Source: Nanobdellati archaeon (GTDB lineage Archaea; EX4484-52; WAPT01). From it: 64,000 bases of DNA. The DNA lies in NCBI GenBank assembly GCA_015520605.1, contig WAPT01000024.1:1-64000 (forward strand). Direction: 5' to 3'. This document shows positions 40,702-49,343 of this stretch, one piece after another. Position 1 is the first letter of the stretch. Every line of letters starts with the position of its first letter. A program made the position numbers and the translations under genes. Under the pieces are notes generated by a model. The model made no database searches and was not told the origin of the DNA. It saw only the letters and a list, made by a program, of their open reading frames with translations.

Positions 40702-41520
40702 ATGGCTGGGGCAAGAACATCTTCTTCATCTTTTGACATCAAGATTCTTGAAAGTGATAATGGGAGGATAAGATTTGAGGTTAGCGGGATAAATCCGGCG
40801 ATAGCTAACGCTATAAGGAGGGCAACGTATTCGGAAGTGTACGTTATGGCTATAGAGTATGTCGATATTGTCAAGAACACATCAGCCCTTTACAACGAGT
40901 TGCTTGCCCATAGAATAGGGCTCATACCTCTGACTTTTGACCCGCTTCGCTATACCCCCAGGGAGAAGTGTGACTGCAAAGGAGAAGGATGTATGAAGTG
41001 TCAGGTCAAACTCGTGTTGAAGAAGAAGGGCCCGTGTGTTGTTTACGCTAGAGATCTTGAATCCACAAATCCGGATGTTAGGCCTGTCTATGGTGGTGAG
41101 ATAATCGTCAAGCTGCTTGACGGTCAGGAAATAGAGCTGGAAGCGGTTGCAATACTCGATAAGGCTGATAGACACGCAAGATGGCAGAGTGCGGTTGTGG
41201 GTTATCAGTATTACCCTGTCATTGAGAGCGAGGAGCTTGATGGCAATGCTAATGCATCAAAGCTCTGCCCAAAGGGGGCTCTGGAGATAAAGGATGGCAA
41301 AGCTGTAGTGAAAGATCCTTACCTCTGCGACCTCTGCGGACTATGTGAGGAGAGATCTAATGGTAAAATAAAGGTTGTAGGTGACCCCTCAAGAATCATA
41401 TTCAACATAGAAAGTGTTTGTGGTCTCACCCCTGCACAGATAGTGTTGAGTGCTATCAACGGGATAAGGGAAAGACTGCAGGAGTTTGAAAATCAATTTA
41501 AAGCTCAGCTTAAAAAGTAA
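40702..41520 (+). CDS. rpoD: RNA polymerase subunit Rpo3 (D) with an Fe-S insertion
   Basis: ANAIRR, LAHRIGLIP, HARWQ, CPKG...CDLCGLC. Confidence 0.95.
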   Translation: MAGARTSSSSFDIKILESDNGRIRFEVSGINPAIANAIRRATYSEVYVMAIEYVDIVKNTSALYNELLAHRIGLIPLTFDPLRYTPREKCDCKGEGCMKCQVKLVLKKKGPCVVYARDLESTNPDVRPVYGGEIIVKLLDGQEIELEAVAILDKADRHARWQSAVVGYQYYPVIESEELDGNANASKLCPKGALEIKDGKAVVKDPYLCDLCGLCEERSNGKIKVVGDPSRIIFNIESVCGLTPAQIVLSAINGIRERLQEFENQFKAQLKK

Positions 41521-41533
41521 GGCTGTGCTCTGT

Positions 41534-41674
41534 GCAGGGGTGGCCGAGAGGTCAAAGGCGCCGGACTTAAGAGGCCTGTCATCCTGCTAAGAAATCCGGT
41601 GGGCGCAGGCCCGTCGTGGGTTCGAAGCACTCCTGCACGAGGCAGGAGTGTCGAGATTCCCACCCCCTGCACCA
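41534..41674 (+). tRNA. tRNA-Leu(TAA) with two introns (41572-41593 at 37/38; about 41627-41657 in the T-loop)
   Basis: Removing both segments restores the CCGGA-CTTAAGA-TCCGG anticodon arm and the GTGGG-TTCGAAT-CCCAC T arm; CCA encoded. Confidence 0.88.
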
Positions 41675-41705
41675 ATCGAAATAATTCACCGAAGGTGAAA
41701 ACACC

Positions 41706-42071
41706 ATGAAGCCAACAGGTCCGACAAATCCTGTACTCAGAAGCCTGATAAGAACGCTAATAAAGGCCAGCCGTGAGAATAAAGCACCCATTTGGAGGGC
41801 GGTTGCTGAGGAGCTGGAAAGACCGAGGAGAGTCAAGAAGCCCGTTAATGTGGGCAAGCTTGAGAGATACTGCCGGGAGGGAGAGGTTGTTGTTGTACCT
41901 GGTAAGCTCTTGGGAGGGGGTGTACTTACAAAAAAAATCACAGTAGCATCTTTCCAGGTATCTCCCCTTGCCATAAAGAAGCTGGAGAAAGCGGGAGGGA
42001 GGTGGATGAGTATTGAGGGGCTTATAAAGGAAAATCCCACCGGCAGCAACGTGAGGGTAATGAAAGGGTGA
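41706..42071 (+). CDS. rpl18e: 50S ribosomal protein eL18
   Basis: TGPTNP, VNVGKL, VVPGKLLG. Confidence 0.95.
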   Translation: MKPTGPTNPVLRSLIRTLIKASRENKAPIWRAVAEELERPRRVKKPVNVGKLERYCREGEVVVVPGKLLGGGVLTKKITVASFQVSPLAIKKLEKAGGRWMSIEGLIKENPTGSNVRVMKG

Positions 42072-42493
42072 GTCTAATGATAGTTATAGATGCTACCGAT
42101 ACAATCCTTGGGAGGATGGCGTCATTTGCTGCTAAGAAGGCTCTGGAAGGAGAGACTATAGTCATAGTTAACGCTGAGAAGGCGGTTATTAGCGGTAATA
42201 AAAACAACATAAAGAGGAAATACAAAACGAGGAGGGAAGTTGGCGACAGGTACAAGGGTCCGTTCTTTCCCAGGATGCCTGATAGAATAGTCAGGAGAGC
42301 CATAAGGGGTATGCTTCCTCACAAGACAAGGAGAGGTAGAGAAGCTTACAGGAGGGTTAAGGTTTTCATCGGCGTGCCCAAAGAGTTTGAGAACGCTGAG
42401 AAACTCAGACTCGAGTGGACTGTTGATAAACTGAAGCACAGAAAATATATAACAGTCGAGGAGCTCACAAGATGGCTGGGTGCAAGGTGGTGA
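42068..42493 (+). CDS. rpl13: 50S ribosomal protein uL13
   Basis: ILGRMAS, NAEKAVISG, IRGMLP. Confidence 0.96.
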   Translation: MSLMIVIDATDTILGRMASFAAKKALEGETIVIVNAEKAVISGNKNNIKRKYKTRREVGDRYKGPFFPRMPDRIVRRAIRGMLPHKTRRGREAYRRVKVFIGVPKEFENAEKLRLEWTVDKLKHRKYITVEELTRWLGARW

Positions 42494-42497
42494 TCTC

Positions 42498-42905
42498 ATG
42501 AAGCCGTTCGTCACAGTCGGTAAGAGAAAAACCGCGGTAGCAAGAGTATATGTTAAGGGAGGTAATGGTATAATCAGGATAAACAAGGTGCTGCTCAATA
42601 TTTACAAACCGGAGCTGCTGAAGCTTAGAATAATGGAGCCTATCATATTGGCTGGAGAGGATAAAATAAAGAACGTTGACATAGATGTCGTGGTGCAGGG
42701 AGGTGGAATAAACGCTCAGGCAGAAGCGGCAAGACAGGCTATAGCAAGAGCCATAGTCAGGTTAACGAAAAGCGAGACAATAAAGAGAAAGTTCCTCGAG
42801 TATGACAGGAGCATGTTGGTTTATGATCCAAGAAGGACAGAACCCCACAAGCCGTCAAGATCCAAGAAGGGTGCAAGGAGAATCAGACAGACGAGCTACA
42901 GGTGA
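42498..42905 (+). CDS. rps9: 30S ribosomal protein uS9
   Basis: GKRKTAVAR, GGGINAQA, DPRRTE, SYR. Confidence 0.96.
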   Translation: MKPFVTVGKRKTAVARVYVKGGNGIIRINKVLLNIYKPELLKLRIMEPIILAGEDKIKNVDIDVVVQGGGINAQAEAARQAIARAIVRLTKSETIKRKFLEYDRSMLVYDPRRTEPHKPSRSKKGARRIRQTSYR

Positions 42906-42949
42906 TGAATACACCCTCTTCATTCCATTTCCTTGTGAGGTGTTTCGAG

Positions 42950-43186
42950 ATGATCATTCCCATAAGGTGCTTTTCATGCGGTAAGGTGCTTGCCGATAAG
43001 TGGGAGAAGTTTCAGGAAGAGATTAAAAAGGGTAAGGAACCAGCGGAGGTTCTTGATGAACTGGGGATAACAAGATACTGCTGCAGGACAGTGATGATTA
43101 CCCATAAGGATTTCATAGATGAGATAGCAAAATACAGAAGATTTCTTTTACCTGCAGAAGAAAGGGAGGGTGCGGGGAAGAAATAA
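42950..43186 (+). CDS. rpoN: RNA polymerase subunit Rpo10 (N)
   Basis: MIIPIRCFSCGK, RYCCR. Confidence 0.96.
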   Translation: MIIPIRCFSCGKVLADKWEKFQEEIKKGKEPAEVLDELGITRYCCRTVMITHKDFIDEIAKYRRFLLPAEEREGAGKK

Positions 43187-43237
43187 AGGTGAAGTCTTTA
43201 AATAATTTCTATTTATTTATTTTCTTAACATTCTCTC

Positions 43238-43311
43238 GCCCCCGTAGTCTAGTCAGGCAAGGATATCGGCCTCTCGAGCCGATGGCCCGGGTTCAAATCC
43301 CGGCGGGGGCA
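43238..43311 (+). tRNA. tRNA-Glu(CTC)
   Basis: Cloverleaf; anticodon loop CTCTCGA. Confidence 0.95.
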
Positions 43312-43361
43312 TACATTTTTAGATTTAGAAAATAAAAATATACAAAAAATAAAAAAATCCA

Positions 43362-43946
43362 TTAGAACTCTTCACACCTGAATTGGAAATAGTTATATGG
43401 ATGCTCACAGGAAGGGCATTTGGCTGGGGGCTCTGCGCCCACATGAACGTAACCGCACTTTCTGCAGACCCATACGACTTCTTTACCTCTCTTGAAGAAT
43501 TTACCTTCCCTCACGAGCTCCAGCAACTTTCTGTATCTTTCTTCATGATGTTCTTCAGCCTTGGCTATGGCTCTGAGTCTCTCTGCAATGTCCTTCAGGC
43601 CTTCTTCTTCTGCAACTCTGGCAAATTCGGGATACATTTCAGCATTCTCGTAATGTTCACCTTCTATGGCTGCCTGTAAATTCTGGATAGTGTCTCCGAT
43701 AACAAGCGGGGCTTCAACCTCAACCCTCATACTGCTTACGCTCTTGTCGGATTTCTTCAACAATTCCTGGATCATGGTCATGAGCCACTTTGCATGCTCC
43801 CTCTCGTTTTCAGCCGTTATCTCAAAAATTTCTGCAATCTGTTCGTATCCCTCTCTCTTAGCGATTTTGGCATACATACTGTAACGGTTTCTTGCCTGAC
43901 TCTCTCCTATGAATGCCTTAACGAGGTTCTCCAGAGTTCTTTCCAT
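43362..43946 (-). CDS. rbr: Rubrerythrin
   Basis: GESQARNRY, ENEREHA, GEHYE, CRKCGY...CPSC. Confidence 0.95.
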   Translation of the reverse strand: MERTLENLVKAFIGESQARNRYSMYAKIAKREGYEQIAEIFEITAENEREHAKWLMTMIQELLKKSDKSVSSMRVEVEAPLVIGDTIQNLQAAIEGEHYENAEMYPEFARVAEEEGLKDIAERLRAIAKAEEHHEERYRKLLELVREGKFFKRGKEVVWVCRKCGYVHVGAEPPAKCPSCEHPYNYFQFRCEEF

Positions 43947-44031
43947 TTCACATCACCTTTTCGAAAATTTTGGTTTTTATTATAAACATAAAATGCAAAG
44001 ATTTAAAAAATTTAAGTTCGATATACGAACT

Positions 44032-44463
44032 ATGCGAAAAATAAACGACAAGCTGCTGGTAAGGGTATTGATAAGGAATCCGCGTCTTCCCAACACTGCG
44101 ATAGCAAAGCTATTTGGTGTTAGTGAAGCGGCGGTACGAAAAAAAATCGAAAAACTTGAGAACGATGGTACTGTCATAGGATACACAACGATCGTTGATC
44201 CAACGAAGGCGGGGCTTGCAATTTCTTATACGGGCATAGACGTCAGGCCAGAAAAGATGATGGAAATTTACGAAAAACTTCAAGAACTCAGGGAGGCCGA
44301 GGTGATATTTTTAACTTCAGGAGATCACAACATTCTGGTTAAACTAGTGTGTAACAGTATGAATGAGCTTATGGAAGTGCACAAAAGGATAGAGAAGATG
44401 AACGGTGTGACGAGAGTATGCCCCGCTGTCATCACAAGTGTCTGGAAGAGAGGCCGGAAGTGA
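44032..44463 (+). CDS. Lrp/AsnC family transcriptional regulator
   Basis: IAKLFGVSEAAVRKKIEKL HTH, TSGDHN; divergent from rubrerythrin. Confidence 0.9.
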   Translation: MRKINDKLLVRVLIRNPRLPNTAIAKLFGVSEAAVRKKIEKLENDGTVIGYTTIVDPTKAGLAISYTGIDVRPEKMMEIYEKLQELREAEVIFLTSGDHNILVKLVCNSMNELMEVHKRIEKMNGVTRVCPAVITSVWKRGRK

Positions 44464-45095
44464 TAAGAGCGATCCGCGAAAGAATCTTGAGGTTTCTGGA
44501 ACTCGGAAAAAAAGGTAAAACGTGGTTCGATTTCAAACCTTACTGTGAAATCGAGTTCGAGTCATCCACAGCATCGGAGCTTGTATTCTGTATTTCAGCT
44601 GCAAATTCGTCAGCAATTTCGGCGCTCAAACTTCAGCAAAAGATATACGAGAAAGGTATTGATATGAAAGATGAGAAATGGATTATGGAGTTGATGAAGG
44701 AGTGTGGTGTGAGGTTTTACAGAAGAAAAACAAAGTATGTAATAAGTGCCTTGGAAAGGCTGGAGGAAATTGAGGGGATAATCGGGACTTATGATCCCGT
44801 TTTGGCCAGAGAGTGGCTGGTGTTGAACGTAAAAGGGTTGGGTTATAAAGAGGCCAGCCACTTTTTAAGAAATACTGGTAAGTTTGATGTTGCTATAATC
44901 GACAGACACACACTTAGATGGATGGAGAAAGAGAATTACATACCTTCTTTCATAAAGCCCGTTAACCCTTCCAGACGCAGAGACTACTTTTTGCTGGAAA
45001 AATTGCTCGCGGGTATCGCACACTATCAGAACATGTCTGTGGGGGAACTTGATCTCCTTATCTGGTGGCACGCTACAAAGAAAGTGTTGAAATAA
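44460..45095 (+). CDS. ogg: 8-oxoguanine DNA glycosylase/AP lyase (archaeal Ogg)
   Basis: ELVFCI, KGLGYKEASHFLRN, IIDRH, C-terminal VLK. Confidence 0.92.
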   Translation: MIRAIRERILRFLELGKKGKTWFDFKPYCEIEFESSTASELVFCISAANSSAISALKLQQKIYEKGIDMKDEKWIMELMKECGVRFYRRKTKYVISALERLEEIEGIIGTYDPVLAREWLVLNVKGLGYKEASHFLRNTGKFDVAIIDRHTLRWMEKENYIPSFIKPVNPSRRRDYFLLEKLLAGIAHYQNMSVGELDLLIWWHATKKVLK

Positions 45096-45098
45096 TTC

Positions 45099-45175
45099 TG
45101 GTGGACCGGCCGGGATTTGAACCCGGGGTCTCCGCCTTGCGAAGGCGGCGTCCTTCCAGGCTAGACTACCGGCCC
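45099..45175 (-). tRNA. tRNA-Ala(CGC)
   Basis: Cloverleaf on the minus strand; loop TTCGCAA; G3-U70 pair; CCA encoded. Confidence 0.95.
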
Positions 45176-45302
45176 ATTGCGACAGGATTATGTGGTAGAC
45201 TTTATTTAAATTTTTATTTTTAGAAAATAATCAGGAGAAATTTCCCATAAACAAAAAGAAAAATAAAAATGGAAAAATCATAGAAATTATTTTTATACTA
45301 GA

Positions 45303-45608
45303 TCAATCTTCGATGTAGTATGCGTAATAAAGAGTCTCCGCTTCATCTGGCCTTAGTGGTGCGTTCCAGTCTTTGCTATCTATGATGTGCTTAAGAACAG
45401 CCCCTATAATTTCTTCAAGGTCGATAATATCCATACACGCTTTCCCTGAGTTTATCACTCCTGCTCTTTTCCCGTACTCCAACAGTTCTTGTATTTGTTC
45501 CCTAGACAATTCTACTAGAATCCCTATCCAGTCGAACCCCGGAATTTTCTTTCTCCTACTTATCTCACCTTTTTCCATTTCCAGATCTCTTCCGCTCCCG
45601 ACCATCAC
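45303..45608 (-). CDS. Hypothetical protein
   Basis: ORF with GAGGTGA SD-like site, directly downstream of the 45610-45732 ORF. Confidence 0.55.
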   Translation of the reverse strand: MMVGSGRDLEMEKGEISRRKKIPGFDWIGILVELSREQIQELLEYGKRAGVINSGKACMDIIDLEEIIGAVLKHIIDSKDWNAPLRPDEAETLYYAYYIED

Positions 45609-45609
45609 C

Positions 45610-45732
45610 TCACCTCCCCAAACTCAACAATGACTTCTCCTTCGGGTTATGGTATATTCTACACACCACATATTCGTCTGTCTCACACAACTTCATTCCG
45701 GCTTTCGGACAACAACATCTAAACGGACACAT
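45610..45732 (-). CDS. 40-aa Cys-rich protein
   Basis: MCPFRCCCPKAGMKLCETDEYVVCRIY; strong GGAGGTGA SD. Confidence 0.55.
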   Translation of the reverse strand: MCPFRCCCPKAGMKLCETDEYVVCRIYHNPKEKSLLSLGR

Positions 45733-45757
45733 TTCTTCACCTCCTTTCACAAAACCC

Positions 45758-45799
45758 GCGGCCGCCCGGACTCGAACCGGGAAAACACCTTTCGGCCGC
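45758..45799 (-). ncRNA. Anticodon-less tRNA-like element (acceptor stem plus T arm)
   Basis: GCGGCCG-AAAGGTGTTTT-CCCGG-TTCGAGT-CCGGG-CGGCCGC: perfect 7-bp and 5-bp stems with a canonical T-loop. Confidence 0.6.
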
Positions 45800-45906
45800 A
45801 TTTGGGACAAGCAGAAAGAGAAATACCGCTACCGATTTATCCCATAAAATCCCCACAGACATTCGCATTATCTATCCTTATTCATTCTCATATCTGTTTT
45901 ACAACA

Positions 45907-45942
45907 GAGAAGTAGGTAACTATGGAGAAGTAGGTAACTATG
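45907..45942. repeat. Perfect 18-bp tandem duplication
   Basis: GAGAAGTAGGTAACTATG x2. Confidence 0.9.
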
Positions 45943-45949
45943 AAAAACT

Positions 45950-46417
45950 TTAAAGCTTTTTGATCCGCCTGGCTTTCGGTATGAGGTTTTTGATAAACCT
46001 TCCCTGCTTGAGCCCTATACCGAGAATGTGTTCCTTGTATTTTAAAATCACGTAACCATCTTCAGCATCGCACTCAATATCGTAGAGATTGAGGCCACAG
46101 AGAACATCGTGCACTTTACCCTCACTTACTTCTACAACATTTTTTGTTGCATGCATGCCGAACATCTGTGCACCGTTCGTTGTTAGCTTTATTCGTTCCT
46201 TCTTCTTCTCCCATCTTAGGAACAACATTCCCACAGCTTCTACATTCAGACCGGAGAAGTTCTTATCCACAACATCCCTGTTTGTTATCCAGATTTTCCT
46301 TCCACTCTTGACAAAAACGTAGTCCTCGAAGAGTTCTTTCTTCAAACCAAATCTCTCCTCCAGATACTTCAACATTTCTCCCTTTTCCTCCTCACTCATT
46401 ATTTTAAGCTTGCTCAT
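45950..46417 (-). CDS. NIP7 / RsmF C-terminal-like PUA-domain protein
   Basis: YLEERFG, GMHATKNVVE, DGYVIL, NLIPK; adjacent to the m5C methyltransferase. Confidence 0.7.
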   Translation of the reverse strand: MSKLKIMSEEEKGEMLKYLEERFGLKKELFEDYVFVKSGRKIWITNRDVVDKNFSGLNVEAVGMLFLRWEKKKERIKLTTNGAQMFGMHATKNVVEVSEGKVHDVLCGLNLYDIECDAEDGYVILKYKEHILGIGLKQGRFIKNLIPKARRIKKL

Positions 46418-46423
46418 CTCCCA

Positions 46424-47359
46424 TCACTCTTTTCTCAGCCTCGCAACAAAAAACCCCTCACTGTTATTGTCCTGAGGCCAAATACGCAAGCAGTTCTTCA
46501 CACTCTTATCGAATTCCTGCCCCTCCCATTCCAGTATTCCGTGCCGTGCTTTAAGACCCCTGACCTTAACTTTTTCAACCACCAGTCCATGCTTCCTTAC
46601 AGCATAATCCACTACAGCTTCATTTTCCTCTGGCGCCATCGTACAGGTTGAGTATACAAGCACATCTCCTCTCTTTAAAGTTACGGCAGCAGCATCTATC
46701 AACCTCTTTTGAAGTCGTGCCATCTCCTTTATAAAACGAATGTTCCACCTCGAAAATGCCTTCCAATCTTTCCTCATTATGCCCTCTGATGAGCACGGAG
46801 CATCAAGCAATACCTTATCAAAACGCTCCCTGAACTTTATGAACCTCCTGCCATCCATTCTCGTCACAACCGCGTTTATTACGCCAAGCTTCTCGAGGTT
46901 GAAGCGCAGAATCTTAATTCTCTGAATCTGAATGTCGTTGGCAACTATGCACCCTTTGTTCCTCATCATCTCTGCCATCTGTGTTGTTTTTGAGCCCGGT
47001 GCAGCCGCTAAATCAAGCACGAAGTCCCCTTCCTCTGGTTGTAGTACAACAGGTGGAATCATCGATGAGGCTTCCTGAACGTAAAAGTATCCCATGAAAT
47101 GCTCGAGTGTGTTGCCGAGCTGCTCCTCGTTTCTGTTCTCCACCCAGAAACCATTCTCATACCAAGGCACGGGTTTGAGCTCCCAGCCTTTTGCCTCTAA
47201 CATCCTGAGACACTTCTCCCTCTCGATCTTCAGAGTGTTTATCCTGATACTTTTCCTCAGTGGCTTTAAACAATACTCTACCAGGGTTTTTACCTCATCC
47301 CCTAAAATTCGTCTGTACCTTTCCCTGAAAAGCCGCGGGACATTTATTTTGTGGGTCAT
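46424..47359 (-). CDS. RsmB/NOP2 family RNA m5C methyltransferase
   Basis: QEASSM, AAAPGSKT, DAPCS, YSTCT. Confidence 0.95.
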   Translation of the reverse strand: MTHKINVPRLFRERYRRILGDEVKTLVEYCLKPLRKSIRINTLKIEREKCLRMLEAKGWELKPVPWYENGFWVENRNEEQLGNTLEHFMGYFYVQEASSMIPPVVLQPEEGDFVLDLAAAPGSKTTQMAEMMRNKGCIVANDIQIQRIKILRFNLEKLGVINAVVTRMDGRRFIKFRERFDKVLLDAPCSSEGIMRKDWKAFSRWNIRFIKEMARLQKRLIDAAAVTLKRGDVLVYSTCTMAPEENEAVVDYAVRKHGLVVEKVKVRGLKARHGILEWEGQEFDKSVKNCLRIWPQDNNSEGFFVARLRKE

Positions 47360-47958
47360 AATCTGACTTCCCTCACCTCTCCTTTCTCAAGCTCCACAAG
47401 GTATATTTTTCTGGATGGTGTTGCGGCACAGTTAACAAAGATCGTATTATTCTTTATGATATATCCGTTATCCTCATGTATGTGCCCGAAAGCATGCAAA
47501 ATTGGCTTTGCTCTCTGATCAAACTCAAGATAACCTTCATAACCCACATGCTCGTTTGACCATATCCTGTCCAATATGCTTTTGGGAGGATAATGTGTAA
47601 CGAAAACAAGCCTACTGCTATCTATTCCCTTCACATCACTTAGAGCCTCATCAAGTGAGAATGGATAGGTCGCGCTAACAAGCAGAAAGCGATACCCCCC
47701 TATCCTTCTCAGCCCGTAGATGACAATCTCAGCCTTCTTTCCTTCATACACGAAGCCCATATCAAGATTACCACAGACTGCAAGAGCATAAACACCGGTC
47801 TCATTTTCAACTCTGCTGAGCAGTTCTTCTGCATAGCTCTGAAACACGAAATCTCCGCAGTAAAGGAAGACATCAACATCATGCTTCTGGATGGCATCGA
47901 TCGTACTGTCTATAAAGTGGTGGTTACCGTGATAATCCGAAGCGCACAGCACTCTCAT
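47356..47958 (-). CDS. Metallophosphoesterase
   Basis: SDYHG, CGD, GNLD, THYPP, GHIHE. Confidence 0.9.
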   Translation of the reverse strand: MRVLCASDYHGNHHFIDSTIDAIQKHDVDVFLYCGDFVFQSYAEELLSRVENETGVYALAVCGNLDMGFVYEGKKAEIVIYGLRRIGGYRFLLVSATYPFSLDEALSDVKGIDSSRLVFVTHYPPKSILDRIWSNEHVGYEGYLEFDQRAKPILHAFGHIHEDNGYIIKNNTIFVNCAATPSRKIYLVELEKGEVREVRL

Positions 47959-48008
47959 CTCACTCACCGTAATATTTTCTTGAAAAATCAATAGCATAGA
48001 TAGATGGT

Positions 48009-48596
48009 TCAGAAAGCGCCGATATTCTCGAGTTTTTTCCTGAGCTTCTGCACGGCCCTCTTCACTTCATCAAGCGATCTTGCGCCTGTGCACACAAGTC
48101 TGCCGGAGTTGAAAATCAGGAAAACCACGCGTGGTTCTTCCATCCTGTGCACAAGCCCGGGAAACTGCTCCGGCTCGTACTCACAATCTTCGAGTTCATA
48201 AACTATTTTGTTGAGGTCAAACCTGGACTTGAGGTTTGCTGATGCTACCAGATTCTCAACCTTGAGCTCTGGCTCTCCTTTTATTTCGATTCCTATTTTC
48301 TTGAGATCTTCTATCACTTTCTTTATAGCCTCCATCGCTATGTCCTTGGACCTTGTTCCCGCACAGATTATCTTACCGGTGGTGAATATGAGCAGAGAGG
48401 CTTTAGGCTCTTTTATTCTGTAAACAAGTCCCGGAAAGCTTTCAGGCTCGTATTCTGCCCCCTCAAACTCCATCGCTATCTTTTCCAGTGGGAGCTTGGT
48501 TTTGAGATCGGCAGACACAACAACGTTCTCTATCTTTATCTCATCTTCTCCTATAACTTCCCCTGCCTTGAAATCCTCGCTTTCTTTTTTTGTCAT
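48009..48596 (-). CDS. tbp: TATA-box binding protein
   Basis: Two repeats of ENVVVS...YEPESFPGLVYR / YEPEQFPGLV. Confidence 0.97.
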   Translation of the reverse strand: MTKKESEDFKAGEVIGEDEIKIENVVVSADLKTKLPLEKIAMEFEGAEYEPESFPGLVYRIKEPKASLLIFTTGKIICAGTRSKDIAMEAIKKVIEDLKKIGIEIKGEPELKVENLVASANLKSRFDLNKIVYELEDCEYEPEQFPGLVHRMEEPRVVFLIFNSGRLVCTGARSLDEVKRAVQKLRKKLENIGAF

Positions 48597-48740
48597 GTGA
48601 GCATCACCCAGTATCTTTAAATTTCATGTGTATCTTTAAATGTTTATTTGTTTTAAATTGTGATCATCAAAAAGTAACAAAAAATTTAAATAGTTTAGCC
48701 GACCATTATAATAACAACAAGACTTGGGGGTGATCGTAAA

Positions 48741-49046
48741 ATGAGTTCTTTGGAGAGACCTAATGAAGTGATTAGGAAGGAAAGAAATAAAGCATATCAA
48801 GAGCTTAAGGAAATTTACACTCTCCTTAAAATTCTTTCAAGGTCGGGAGGAGAGGACGTAGGAGATGGAGAGTCCATTATGGACCATGTGAACAAGAGAC
48901 TGAGGTATGTTAGTTCAGTGTACGGATTTCCGACTCCTCAGCCAAAAACCCCACAGCAGGCTTTGGAAGTAGCAGAACTCTACATAGACATGATAAGAAA
49001 GAAGCAGGAACAGCTGTGCGCAAAATACGGCATTGACAGAATTTAA
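48741..49046 (+). CDS. Hypothetical protein
   Basis: GGGGTGA SD, helical ORF divergent from tbp. Confidence 0.6.
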   Translation: MSSLERPNEVIRKERNKAYQELKEIYTLLKILSRSGGEDVGDGESIMDHVNKRLRYVSSVYGFPTPQPKTPQQALEVAELYIDMIRKKQEQLCAKYGIDRI

Positions 49047-49096
49047 TATAGTGTGGTTGAAATTTCTTGTTTTATTATTTTCTTCGAGAAATCTAA

Positions 49097-49255
49097 TCAA
49101 CCTTGCAATAACTTCAAAATCTCCCCTTTGGCAAGTTTAACGTCCCTTATGGTGAGCTCCTCCCCGCAGATGTCGCACACACCTTTCTGACGGCCCCATT
49201 TCCATTCGAACGTACCTCCACATTTAGAACATATTACCTTAACGTATATGACCAA
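49097..49255 (-). CDS. Small Zn-finger protein
   Basis: CSKCGG...CDICG; TTG start after GAGGTGA. Confidence 0.55.
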   Translation of the reverse strand: MVIYVKVICSKCGGTFEWKWGRQKGVCDICGEELTIRDVKLAKGEILKLLQG

Positions 49256-49343
49256 GGATCTCACCTCTCGACTATCCGGGACGGAGCACTTTATGATATG
49301 TTGACATATTGTGAGTCTAAAAACCTTTATATAAGTTACAGTT

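Noticed and set aside
45758-45783. att-site duplication of the tRNA-Pro or tRNA-Ala 3' end
   Set aside because: It differs from both tRNAs in the T-loop and acceptor strand, has its own complementary 5' acceptor strand, and no integrase is nearby.
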